Position numbers and translations under genes: made by a program. A DNA stretch of 64,000 nucleotides, taken from Octopus bimaculoides (lineage: Eukaryota). Numbering within the stretch: the first letter of the stretch is position 1; each line of letters starts with the position of its first letter. A model generated the notes under the pieces. The model was not told the origin of the DNA and did no database searches. It saw only the letters and a list, made by a program, of their open reading frames with translations. This document shows positions 12,330 to 24,451 of this stretch, piece by piece. The DNA lies in contig NC_068987.1 in assembly GCF_001194135.2 (NCBI RefSeq), forward strand, positions 104,228,288-104,292,287. Reading direction: 5' to 3'.

Positions 12330-14730
12330 TGTTTGTGTGTATGTATACATACACACACACACACACACTATATAGGACCGAATATGAATATGTGGTACAA
12401 AGTTTACTTCCCAACCACATGGTTTTAGATTCAGCTCCACTGTGCTACACTTTGGGCAAGTATCTTCAACTATACCTGAGTGATCAAAGCTTTGAGAGGA
12501 TTTGGTAAATGAAAACTATTATGGCGGTGAGCTGGCAGAATCTTTAGCACGCTGATTCAAATGCTCAGCAGTCATTTCAACACAAGTGAACATCAAGAAT
12601 CTTGCAAAACCAAAATCGAAATATAATCTGGGCTGTAGAAAATGAAAGAAAAGGGAAACAAAGAAAGCTTCTAACAATGCGTAAAGTTTTACAAAATACC
12701 TTTGTATTTTGTTGTATGTGTATATATGTGTGTGTGTCTGTATGTCCCTAACAGCTGCTTGAAGACCAGTGCTGGCATGATTACGCCCCTTTAACAAGGT
12801 GGTGACCTGGCTGAAACGTTAGCATGCCTGTCTCCACGTTGAGTTCAAATTCCACTGAGGTCGACTTTGTCTTTCATCCTTTCGGGGTCGATAAATAAAG
12901 TACCAGTTGCGTACTGGAGTTGATCTAAACGACTGACCTCCTTCCCCAAAATTTCGGGCCTTGTACCTAGAGTAAAGATTACGTCCCTGTAACTCAGCAG
13001 TTCAACAAAAGAGACAGACAGGATAAGTACCAGGCTTAAAAAAAGGCACGAAGGTTGATTCATTCGACTGGAAAGTCTTCAAGGCAGTGCCCCAGCATGA
13101 CCTCAGTCTAACAACCAAATCAAGTAAAAAGTAAAAGATTTTGGATGCAAATGCCTCTACTTCTGCATAATAACGTTTCAAATGAACAACAACGCTCTCA
13201 TCATCTTGCTGTTTTTAATTTTAGTTTAAGTTTTTACTAAATAATGAAGACAGGAGAACCTCTCCGTTTACTTTATAATAACAAAAATCCTCATTAGACT
13301 AAACTATGCAGTTTACTGTTTGTGTTGTCAGGACATAAACATGTGTGAAGGAGTAAATCTTCTCCATTTCAATATTTGGGTGTAGGGAAGAAACAAACAT
13401 GCAACACTCTCTCTCTCATTCTTTTTATCTCTGCCTGTCTTCCTATGAAGAGTAAGCATCTTTCTTCTTACTTTTTTCTTTTCATAGTCTTTCACTATGG
13501 TTAACTCTTTAGTATTCAAATTACAGTTTAATGTATTGCTTATTTATTTACATTGTTTTGAATTAATCATGCCATTATCAGAGCTTTGAAATTTGATATG
13601 GTTGTTTATTTTTAAAGAAACATTATAAGATATCTGTGGGAGGCAGGATCTGATTAGCTTGAACATATTCTGCCCATTTGGAAGAATATTTGGGCTGGAT
13701 ATCGCCAGTTTAAATGCCGAAGGGTTAAAACTTTATAGCCTTTTATTTCTTTATTTTGACAACATAAATATTCCATTCTATATTAAATAGTCTGGAAATT
13801 TATTTTGTTCAATGGTTTCAATGTAAAAAATATTTTTATGCTTTACCTTTATTAAAAAAAAACAATAACAGCATTTAACAAAAACATCTTTACATGATTA
13901 TTCTGGAGTGGCCTTTGCCAGTACCGCCTGACTGGCCTTCGTGCCAGTGGGACGTAAAAGTAGATGATATTCACCATCTACTTCAATTTCTGCTTGGTGT
14001 TTTGTTTAAATTTTTTGTTGAATAAAATTTATTGAAAAAAAGCCACAATAATTATGCACCAATCTAATATAACATAGTCTCTAGTGCAAAGGGGAACAAC
14101 TTTTAATAAACAAAAAATAAATTTTCAAAAAAAACTGAAAGAACTTTTGTTCACTGAGAATTATGAACATTTTAAAAAGGATAAAGTTAGCACTCAGACC
14201 AAGACAAACTTATCATTTTATGTATCGCTGGCCCAGGTGCCTTATACGTGTCACTGGCACAGGCCACAACCATGATTTCACTAAGCTTGACGTGTCTTCT
14301 CAAGGACAGCAGATCACCAACAGTCTTGGTCACTTGTCATCCCTTCCATGAGACTCAACGTCCGTAGATGTTAAGTCTCACAGTACTTTAAAGCTTGTAA
14401 TTATTTTATCAGCCCCCTTTTGCTGAACTGCTAAGTTACAGGGTCTTGAATAAACCAATACTGGTTATCTCATGATGGGAGGACTAACACAATCACACAC
14501 ACACACACACATGATGAACTTCCATAGTTTCTGTCAAATTCACTCACAATTGACTAATTTTTTTTTTATCTATGGACCCCTTCAATTACCATTTTATTCT
14601 GGTGGAATAAGACTAATTTTATATATACTTTTTTCAAAATTCTAAAATTTTGCTTTTCACGCCTTGACTTGTATAGGTTGAACTATGTAAATCGCTAGAG
14701 AAAGAAACTGAGCTGATTCTTGCAAAAAAG

Positions 14731-15000
14731 CAAGGGTTCCCAACCTTATTTTGCTTGTGGACCACCTATCTTATCATCTGTGGACCCCGTATATACACAT
14801 GTAAATTTTTGAAATAAAATATTTGTTTGTATGTTATTAAAAACTAACAATGAAACAATTCCGTTATATTCATAACATAAATTCCAAATACAAATCTAGA
14901 AAATTTCAATAAATACAGCTACCTCCCCTAGTAAGCAAAACTTATTTATGGATCCACAAATTACAGTCTTTTACTTGTGGACCCCAGTTGGGAACCCCTG
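14731..15000. mobile_element. hAT-type MITE (second partial copy to 15170)
   Basis: Termini caagggttcccaac / gttgggaacccctg, with ggacccc subrepeats. The TSD is degraded. Confidence 0.7.
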
Positions 15001-15535
15001 ATCTAAAGCAACATTTTTTCATGCACACTTAATATACTATTTTGGATTCCCAATTTACTAATTTGTTTGCTTGGACCCCAAAAATACATGGACTCCAAAG
15101 TTGACCCTCACCCCAAATCTTATATGGACCTCAAGGGGTCATGTGGACCCCCAGTTGAGAACCACTGTGGTAATTGGAAACTGAAATAACCTTTTGTGTG
15201 TGTCTGTCTATCTACATACATATAAATGTGTGTGTGTGTGTGTGTGTNNNNNNNNNNNNNNNNNNNNNNNNNNNNNNNNNNNNNNNNNNNNNNNNNNNNN
15301 NNNNNNNNNNNNNNNNNNNNCCATAACTTAGCAGCTTGATAATAAGAGACTGAGAGAATAAGTACCAGGCTTTGAAAAAAAAAAATAAGCACTGGGACGA
15401 TTTGTTTGACGAAACCCTTCAAGGCAGTGCTGAGCATGGCTGTAGTCCAATGACTGAAACAAGTAAAAGATAAATATATAATTTTAAGGTAAATGTAGAA
15501 CAAAAATATAAACTGAAATGAAGATATACACTTAC

Positions 15536-18500
15536 TTGTTTTACTGTTTAACTTTAAAAGTTTTTGGTTTTCCTGTTGCAAATTTTCAAATATACTTGGA
15601 TATGGTGGGTCAATCTCATTTTTTTCACTAGCATCGGTAGAATTTCTCTCGATTCCAGACTGGTTTGGTTTTACTGATGATATATGACTCTGTAACATTT
15701 CATGCTCTAATACTTTACTTGCAGAATTCTCTTCATTATTGTTCTTCGAGAGAATCTGTTTTGCACATTTGATAGAATTCTCTGAAACAGTAACATTTTT
15801 ACCTAAAGCTGTTTGAAATGCTACAAAAGGCCCAGTTTTATTATTCTCTTCATTACAGTTCTTAGAGAAAATCTGTTTAGCACATTCGACAGACTTCTCT
15901 GAAACAGTAACATTTTTACCTAAAGCTGTTTGAAATGCTACAAAACATCCAGTTGTATTGTTGTGACAAGTGGAGATAGATTTCTCAGTTTCTTTTTGTT
16001 TAGAGATATGATCTTTTTCAAGAGCTCCTTGCCTTGTGTTATTTTTAATACAATAAAATTCCTTTTCCATCTTTTCAACTGCAGATGTCATAGCTTGTTC
16101 ATCTGAGATATCATCATTCATTTGGTTCTCAACAGGAATATCATCAACATGCTGTATTTGCTTATTGGTATTATGAAGTTTTATCTCATGTATAGGGGAT
16201 GAAGTATTAACTGCTGATCTTAAAGGTTGGTTTTCATATATTTCCATTGATTGTGCTAATATATCATCAGAAATTTCAGAATTTTTTGATATTATGTTCT
16301 CACAATCCTCTTCTTTTTCATTATGAATGGATACTGATTTCGAATTTTCAGAAGAGCACTTAGATCTTTTGCAAACTGAGGTAGAGTTTTCATCAGATAT
16401 TTCTGAAAAGTTTCTTTTTTTACTATCAGATGTTTCAATTGGATCAAAAGTAGTATCTTCTGAAAAAATTTTCTGAAGCTCATCTAACAATTGGTCACAT
16501 TGTTCTGGAATTTCTTCATTTGAGGAAATCATTGATTTCTCTTTCACTAAATCTGACAAAGTGTTACTGACAGATGTCATTGCAGCTATTCTAACTTCAG
16601 AAGAGTTTAAATCAGTAAACAAAAGATCATTTACTACATTTTTCTCAAGAGATTGTTTTATTTCAATCACTGACTTTTCATTTAATATATTTTCTGCTTT
16701 CAAATTAGAATGAGAGTTGACAAGTAATTGTGGCCCATCCTTATTACAAAGCTTTCTATCAGATGCTGAGGTAGAAGATACTGTCATGTTTGAAGATAAA
16801 AATTCATGAGTCTCAAGGCCTGTTGTACCTGGTCTAACAAATTCATTTTCACCTGCCAATAATGCTTGGGTTTTTGTGTCTTTTTCATCACCAATTATCT
16901 TAAAGCCATCAGATGGGGAATTTTGAATATTTTCTTCTAACTGTTCATTTCTTATTGTGGTAGACACTCTTAAATGACCATCACCTTCAGTTTTACCATC
17001 ATCTATAGCTTCAGCTACAGTTATATAATTTTTTATTTCTATAAGATTATCCCCCAACTTTCTTTCATTACTGATATTTTGTTCCTTTGTTTCATTATAT
17101 ATATTTTTCTCTGTTAAATTAATCAATGGAATAGTACTTTTCAATTCATATTTACCACTAGCTGCATTTTCAATTATGTCCTCTGAACTTTGGTTTTTAA
17201 GAAGAGAATCAGTACTAGGTTTCTTTTCATCACACAATACATGGCAGTCTTTATCATTGAGCTCAACATTCTTAATAGTATTGTTACTGAATTTATTTTG
17301 AAGTAGTACAGGTTTATTATTTATTCTTGGAGATTTAAATGGACAAAATCTTTTTGGCAATTGTTTGTCAGAATAAGATTTTATTGGAAGTTTTCTTTTA
17401 AGACTTCTACTTTCTTCAAATTTCTTTTTCTTCATATTCTGCATATCCCTAACCAATTCAATAGATTCTAAGTCACTGTTTTTTATAGAATTTAATGCTT
17501 CAGAAAATAAAGCAGATTTTAGATACTGTGTATTGTCAGTGATGTAGTGTTCAGCCTTCTTGAAGTTTTGTTCATTTATTTGAATTTTTTGCATTTTAGC
17601 TGTAGAAAATCCTTGAAATTCCTCAACAGTTCCATCACTCACATCCACTAAATCCTGTGCTTTTTGTAAGCTCTTTTCATTTATTTGAATCTTTTGCCCT
17701 TTAGCTGTAGAAAATCCTTGGAATTTCTCATCAATTCCATCATTCTCATTCTCTAAATTTTGTACTTTTTGTAAGGTCTTTTCGTTTACTTCAATCTTCT
17801 TCCCTTTAGCTGTAGAAAACCCTTGGAATTTCTCAACAGTTCCATCATTCTCATTCAATAAATTTTGTGCCTTTTGTAAGCTTTTTTGGTTTATCTGAAT
17901 CTTCTTCCCTTTAGCTGTAGAAAACCCTTGAAATTCCTCAATAGTTTCATCACAGTCACTCATTAAACTTTGTGGGTTTATCGGAATTTTTTGTCCTTTA
18001 GCTGTAGAAAAACCTTGGAATTTCTCAACAATTTCATCACTATCATTCAATAAATTTTGTGCTTTTTGTAAGCTTTTTTGGTTTATCTGAATCTTCTGCC
18101 CTCTTGCTGTAGAAAATCCTTGGAATTTCTCAACAGTTTCATCATTATCATACACTAAATTTTGTGCCTTCTCTAAACTTTTTTGGTTTAACTGAATCTT
18201 TTGCCCACTCCCTGTAGAAAACCCTTGGAATTTCTCAATAGTTTCGTCATTCTCTTTCACTAAATTCCATGCCTTTTGTAAGCTTTCTTTATTAATTTGA
18301 ATCTTCTGCACCTTGATATCTTGATCATTTCGTTCTACTGTTTCTAAGATCACTTCTCTCTGACCTGGTTGCTTATTGCTGTCAACTTGTATAATGTCTT
18401 TTGATAATTTAGTATTTGATTTATCATTATCACAGTGATAAGAAATTTCAGGTATATGCTGATATGGAATGGTAGTATCATTGAAACTCTCTGAGAAATC

Positions 18501-18884
18501 TTCTGATGATTGCCAATAGACGATTTGACTGGCTGTAAAGTGATCTTCAACAGAACTACTGAATCTATGAAAATCTTTGAACTGTTTAGAGTGGGAAGAA
18601 CCAAGACTAGTTGTTTCTGAAACATTTTCACATTGGTTTTCTTCACTAGATTTGTTTGTGGCAATGCCTGAAGAAAACCCAGCTTGCTTCTGGAGTAAGG
18701 AAGATTTATTTTTAGAAGATTGCAATGAATTATACCGAGATAATATGGGAACAGTCTTTTGGATTTTATCAGCTGTTATTTGCAGCATTGGTTTCTGTTT
18801 ATCACAAGTTACGGAAGCTATTTGTTGTTTGTTTTTAACATTATTAGAAGCAGGGAGATTGTCATCTAAATGAATTGGGATATT
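15536..18884 (-). CDS. BRCA2: BRCA2 BRC-repeat exon (exon-11 equivalent), 3349 nt, 9 BRC repeats
   Basis: Branch-point-like ctctaat plus acceptor cttttattctag (phase 0), 1116 open codons, donor CAA|GTAAGT (phase 1). Repeats FSTAKGKKIQINQKSLQKAQNLL and FQTALGKNVTVSEKSVECAKQIF fit the BRC consensus FxTASGKxVxVSxxSLxKAxxLF. An alternative phase-1 acceptor would start the exon at 18865. Confidence 0.93.
15735..15960 (-). repeat. Pair of BRC repeats, 117-nt period (FQTALGKNVTVSE...AKQIF/L)
   Basis: The 45-nt run gaaacagtaacatttttacctaaagctgtttgaaatgctacaaaa is identical at 15784 and 15901. Confidence 0.92.
17514..18335 (-). repeat. Tandem 105-nt (35-aa) BRC repeat array: 7 FxxA/G units plus one upstream half unit
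   Basis: FQGFST units start at 18230, 18125, 18020, 17933, 17828, 17723 and 17618. Spacing is 105 nt except one 87-nt unit. Confidence 0.95.
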
Positions 18885-20899
18885 CTAGAATAAAAGTGTA
18901 AAAATTGGAAATAGAGTTTAAATTAGAGCATCCAATATGAATTAAATTACAACAGATCATATAAATCTTTCAAGAAAATAGCTGAATAAAAGATGTTTGA
19001 ATATGGAATATGTTTGGCAAGACATTACTCTAATTCATTAAAAATATCAATAATCAGCATTAAACAAATAAAACCAATTTGGTTAGAACTCCTAATTATC
19101 ATCTTAGTTAAACAAAAATAGACTAAAGGTGAAAAGGAATCATTGAGAAAGAAAATTAATTATTGCTTACTTCTGAAAATAACTATCTTTAATGATTTTT
19201 AAAAATAGCCAGGTAACTAATTTGATAACAGTTATGTCTTTAATTGTGTTAATTTTGCAACTCATACACCTCAAGTGCACCATTTCACGATTTCTCCACA
19301 ATAGCTCACCATTGAGGAATACAACAAATTCAGGGAATATACGCAGATATAAAAGAAACAACAAAAAAGATCATTAAAAACCTCAGTATGTGTCCTTGTA
19401 TTTACTACTGAACTCCTCTTTAACTCTTTTGATACCAACCTGCCTGAAACTGCTCTTATTTCCATGATACAAACTTCCTATTTTAAAGTGATTTTAATCA
19501 AAACCTGCCATCAACATTTCATGTTAATTTATGTTTCAAACATCAGCCTAATAATAACAAAGTTAATTTACTAATTTCTTGTTTTCAGTATCACTTGAAA
19601 CAAAGGCATTTTATTTCAGCAGAAATATATTAACAAAATGGTTAAGCTTATTAATTACAAATCTGCTTGTTATTAATAACGTTAAGTCTGTTTGTACTGC
19701 CTTGTAGGAAAGCGATACTTTAACACTACAATAAAACCAGAGAACATGGTCTTAATATTTTCTTTTTTTTTTGCCTATGCCTTAATCGGGGGAGGAAGTT
19801 ATCATAATACAGGTGACCAGGTCTAAATATTTTAAAGATATTTATGGTCATGTGATGATGTTAAAGTCTACCGTCTAAGAACAGGAACAGGTTGTCCTTC
19901 AGACACAGTTTCCATCTTCTGAATTTCACCCACAAAGCTTTGATTGATCTGAAGCTATCACAGAAGATGCTTATCCAAGGTGCCATCCAGTGGAATCAAA
20001 CCTGAAACCAAGTAATTGCAAAGCAAACTTGTCAATCACATGGCCAAGCCTAATTCCACTGACATTAGCCGAATTACTTTTACACATATGTGTGTATGGG
20101 TGGGTGGGGTAAAAAAAATGGGAAAACAATGAAAGTTAATTAGATGTACACAGTGAATATATTAGATTGGCACTCAGTGGAAGTTTTTGGTGGAAAAATA
20201 AGGGTGGAAATGATGTCTTGAGCACAGCTCTTTGTCAGACAAAGAAAGAAGTCCAGAGAGGAAGAAAAGAAGGAAGGAGTAGGTAGCCTGGAGAAAAGCA
20301 TGTTCATTGTTGTACGGCCAAAAAATAATGGACCAGAAGTTGGAGAGAGATAGAAAATGTGGGTTTTGAAGGTAGGAGAGTGCAAAAGTGGCCATTGTGT
20401 ATGTGAGATCAGTGATTACCATCAATTTCAGAGTAGATCAGATGAAAATTTGATACTCTGAATAAACAGACATTGCTTGAAATGTATTTATTGGTGTTGT
20501 TCAAGCTGATGTCCTGCCTTTCAACGACCAATAAAGATCTAATAATATACAGATATTAAGATTTAAAAAAAAAACTTGTTATATTTAAGATTGTTTTAGC
20601 TGCACAAGGAAACTATTTCTAATCACCTCTTTGAAGAGTGTTTGATATGACTTGTTAAAGTACTTTATCTACAAACCTTTTGATGCATTATACTCATTCA
20701 ATATGAAGGTGTTTCATGACCTTTATACATCACATCAAAGCAAGAGAGAGCCTGATTATCTGTTCCGGTTTATTTACTACTGATTATATTTTTATCTTTA
20801 TCTTTGTACAAGAGTGTGTAAACAGCTGAGGTAAATCATAGCTGTTTACACTAATCATCATTGTCTAATGAGCCTAATCAAGACAAAACTCACAAAACT

Positions 20900-21305
20900 T
20901 CCCAGCTCAACCCAGCAAGGCTAGACTGAGGGGGTGGTAAAAGGCCTGATGGTATGACAATTTTCCTATTCTGTGGTGGTAGGCCCCTCATGTGGGATGC
21001 CACATACTCAGAATCCTTCTCCAGCAGCAATTTGGTATGTTCAGATAGCAGCCCAGGCTCTGCTGCTCATTAGGCCAAGAAGAGCAAGCTATCGAGCTAT
21101 CCATCACTCTCTGACAGGTTTATGGTTGAGTCTGTGGCAGTGGAGGCCTCTGGTGTTCTTAGCCCCATGGACCATATCCCTGGTCACCATTATTGGAGTG
21201 GAGATGGCTATCCGCATGTGTGAGTGCTGTGAGTCAGAGTGGTTTTTCCAGCACAACTCCCTCGCCATCCTCTGGGGCAATGCCTTTTCCATTTTGTCTG
21301 ATGGG
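20900..21305 (+). mobile_element. CRE-clade-like non-LTR retrotransposon fragment (restriction-like endonuclease domain)
   Basis: GKRPDGMTIF..GRPLMWDAT..AAH*AKKSKLSSY..VESVAVEASG..FFQHNSLAILWGNA fits the RPDG..WDAT..K..KY..VET.G..QRLS.A.QRGNA RLE motif. Confidence 0.75.
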
Positions 21306-22210
21306 ACACTGAGGCATTCTGACAAGACATTTTTGATATTTCTCTGTTGTGATGAAGTGGAGAGATATGTAATTTAAGCAGGGCCTTTCACATCACCTGT
21401 TATTTTACTTATTACACATCCTTCACTCACAGCTCCTTTTTAGAGTTCAGGAGCCTCCATTACCATGCCAATGTCACACATTTCATATCCCTAATCTGTA
21501 GCAATGACATCTAGGGTAGGAGATTATGTAACATTTCCTACCAACCAGCAAAGATCTCTAATAAATGAAAGATAATATGAATTCATTTCTTTGCCATTTA
21601 CTGTGTCTAGGAGAAGAGTCCTACAAAGTTCTCCCTGGAATGGTATAATTGATACCATTAACCCTTTAGTATTCAGATTACTCTGTGAAATGCAACACTT
21701 TAGTCATGTTGTTTTGAATTAATTATCTTGTAGCTTTGAGATTTCAATGAAGTGATTGTAAATTTTTAGGATGACATTCTAAGGTAGGTGTGAGAAGCCA
21801 AGTCTTGAGAACTTGAGCATAAAACAGGTAGAATATTTTGGCTGGATATAGCCGGTTTAAATGCTTAAACAGTTGATGTTCCTCTTGGATTTTCGTTAGT
21901 AGATACTAGCAGGAAAGACATGAGCAAAGAAGGAAATCCAGTGAACTAACGTCCTGGGAAGGAAAAACTAGGCATTGTGATTAGTGTAGTGTTTGGATGG
22001 GTTGGTCACAATAGAGGTGATGAGAGAAAGACAAATGAGTGGGACAGGAATACATGAGGGGAGGCAGCAGGAGTCCAGTCAGCACTGAGGAGAAACAGAA
22101 ATCATTATAGTATCAGTAGAAGAAGCAGAGAGAGGAGACAGTGCACCTGTGGGCCAGTGGCTGGAGTTGTATCTGTGAGTGAGTCACCCTTTTCTGGAAA
22201 TGGTGTAGGA

Positions 22211-22536
22211 CAGGTCTGGCCAACCTGAGGCCCATGGGCCACATGCGTCCCGCAGACTTTTATCTTGTGGACCACTTGATACTTTCTTGAAATGGGTTTA
22301 TTGAAACAAATAAAAGTTTTATCGAAAATTAAAGATTGCAATGAAAAGTAAAAAAGAAAGATTCTACTGTTTTTGCAATGATAATATTTCATGTTGAATC
22401 AATGATCATTCATTCATTATTGTAATAATAGCATGAAAAAGCAAAATGCTTTCAATTCTGTCAGTATACAAGTGGCCCCCGGAATACTTTCTGTGATTAA
22501 AGTGGCTCGCAATGTAATTTGAAGGGGCCAGACCTG
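22211..22536. mobile_element. hAT-Charlie-type MITE
   Basis: Termini caggtctggcc / ggccagacctg; near-TSD gtgtagga / gtctagga (NTCTAGAN-like). Confidence 0.8.
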
Positions 22537-22821
22537 GTCTAGGATGTCTTTCTGTGCAGCAGTAGCAGCACCATACATGTAAGCATTACAGTCCTTTCTG
22601 GGATTCACCTAAGCTTTGCAGAGTAGTAATAATTACTGGGCGGTGAAGAATGTTCTGGCCCTAAAGAGAAGGGTTGGAACTTGAACGCAATTCTAGCGAT
22701 GTTAAGGACGTACTTTTGCTATAAAAGATTCTCAGTGATGGTGGGAACCAACAAATGGAGCAATTGAGAGGGCCCTAAAGCACTGTTCAGCAAAAGACTA
22801 CTCTGTGAGATCAGTGGTGAG

Positions 22822-23125
22822 TGGAGGCGCAATGGCCCAGTGGTAAGGGCAGCGGACTCGCGGTCATAGGATCGCAGTTTCGATTCCCAGACCGGGCGTT
22901 GTGAGTGTTTATTGAGCGAAAACACCTAAAGCTCCATGAGGCTCTGGCAGGAGATGGTGGCGAACCCTGCTGTATTCTTTCACCTGTAATTCAAAGGGTC
23001 AACCTTGTCACACTGTGTCACGCTGAATATCCTCGAGAACTACATTAAGGGTACATGGGTCTGTGGAGTGCTCAGCCACTTGCACATTAATTTCATGAGC
23101 AGGCTGTTCCGTTGATCGGATCAAC
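22822..23125 (+). mobile_element. SINE family C, TSD tcagtggtga
   Basis: Same consensus with an internal deletion; duplicated 10-mer on both flanks. Confidence 0.82.
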
Positions 23126-24098
23126 TTCTCTCAGTGGTGAAACATCACAAATTTTCATTTTAAGTAATGGATGTGTTCTCCACAAAATATTTTGTACTGT
23201 ATCTTTTATTTATTCATTTCAGTCATTAGACTTCGGCCATGCTAGAGCATTGCCTTGAAGAACTTTTAGTCAAATTAATCAACCCCCAGTACTAATATTT
23301 CTTAAGCCTTTGTCTATCTATCGGTTACTTTTCCCAGACTGCTAAGTTATGGGAACATAAGGAGCACTCCGTCGGTTATGACGACGAGGGTCCCAGCTGA
23401 TACGATCAACTGAACAGCCTCCTCATGAAATTAACATGAATGTGGCTGAGTACTTCACAGACACATGCACCCATAGTATAGTTCTCAGGGAGATTCAGCG
23501 TGACATAGGGTATGACAAGGCTGGCCCTTTGAAATACAGGTACTACTCATTTTTGTCAGCTGAGTGGACTGGAGAAACGTGAAATAAAGTGTCTAGCTCA
23601 AGGAGACAACGCGTCGCCAGGAATTGAACTCATGACCTTACAATCATGAGTCGAATGCCCTAACCACTAAGCCACGCACCTTCACTTATGGGAACATAAA
23701 CATACCAACACTAATAGTCAAGTGGTGGTGTTGGGGGAACAAAGACACACACACATACATACAATGGGCTTCTTTCAGTTTCTGTCTACCAAATCTACCC
23801 AAAAGGCTTTGGTTGGCCTGAGGCTATAGTAGAAGACACTTGCCCAAGGTGCTGCACAGTGCGACTGAACTTGGAACCACGTGACTCGGGAGCAATCTTT
23901 TTATTACACAACCATGCTAGAAGATGACAACAATAACCATTAAATTTGATAAGTCTACAGGAAGTAGCCTGTATCTGGGAGCCACATATCATTTGGCAGA
24001 CAACTAAATAAATACATGAAAAAATAGAAAAAAATTCTAAAAAATTTTGATCACAATGTACAACAAAAATCAAATTAGTGATGAATTAATTTCAATAC

Positions 24099-24136
24099 CT
24101 TATTTTTGCATAGGTCAGGAAATGAAGAAAGTTCTT
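24099..24136 (-). CDS. BRCA2: Putative BRCA2 exon 3' end (ELSSFPDLCKNK); remainder would lie in N-gap 24137-24368
   Basis: Open frame ends at a phase-0 donor AAG|GTATTG. This is the phase needed to link a phase-1 end at 27563 to the phase-0 acceptor at 18884. The acceptor is not visible. Confidence 0.4.
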
Positions 24137-24451
24137 NNNNNNNNNNNNNNNNNNNNNNNNNNNNNNNNNNNNNNNNNNNNNNNNNNNNNNNNNNNNNNNN
24201 NNNNNNNNNNNNNNNNNNNNNNNNNNNNNNNNNNNNNNNNNNNNNNNNNNNNNNNNNNNNNNNNNNNNNNNNNNNNNNNNNNNNNNNNNNNNNNNNNNNN
24301 NNNNNNNNNNNNNNNNNNNNNNNNNNNNNNNNNNNNNNNNNNNNNNNNNNNNNNNNNNNNNNNNNNNNCACACCTCTTAACCCTTATACCTTTGCATGTA
24401 CACACACATATGCAGAGAGACAGACACACACACACATACACAAGGTACCCA

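Noticed and set aside
13328-13519. Lys/Arg-rich minus-strand ORF
   Set aside because: No pyrimidine tract or donor; it reflects a CT-rich low-complexity tract.
15120-15535. C-terminal part of the 1222-aa ORF (KCISSFQFIFLFY...THTHTH...)
   Set aside because: Read-through past the GTAAGT donor at 15535 into intron, SINE, gap and MITE sequence; it is not a transmembrane tail of BRCA2.
19271-19465. Candidate BRCA2 exon GRLVSKELKRSSVVNTRTHTE (phase 1-0)
   Set aside because: Purine-rich acceptor, weak GTTTTT donor, and its start lies in a repeat also present at about 4870-5050.
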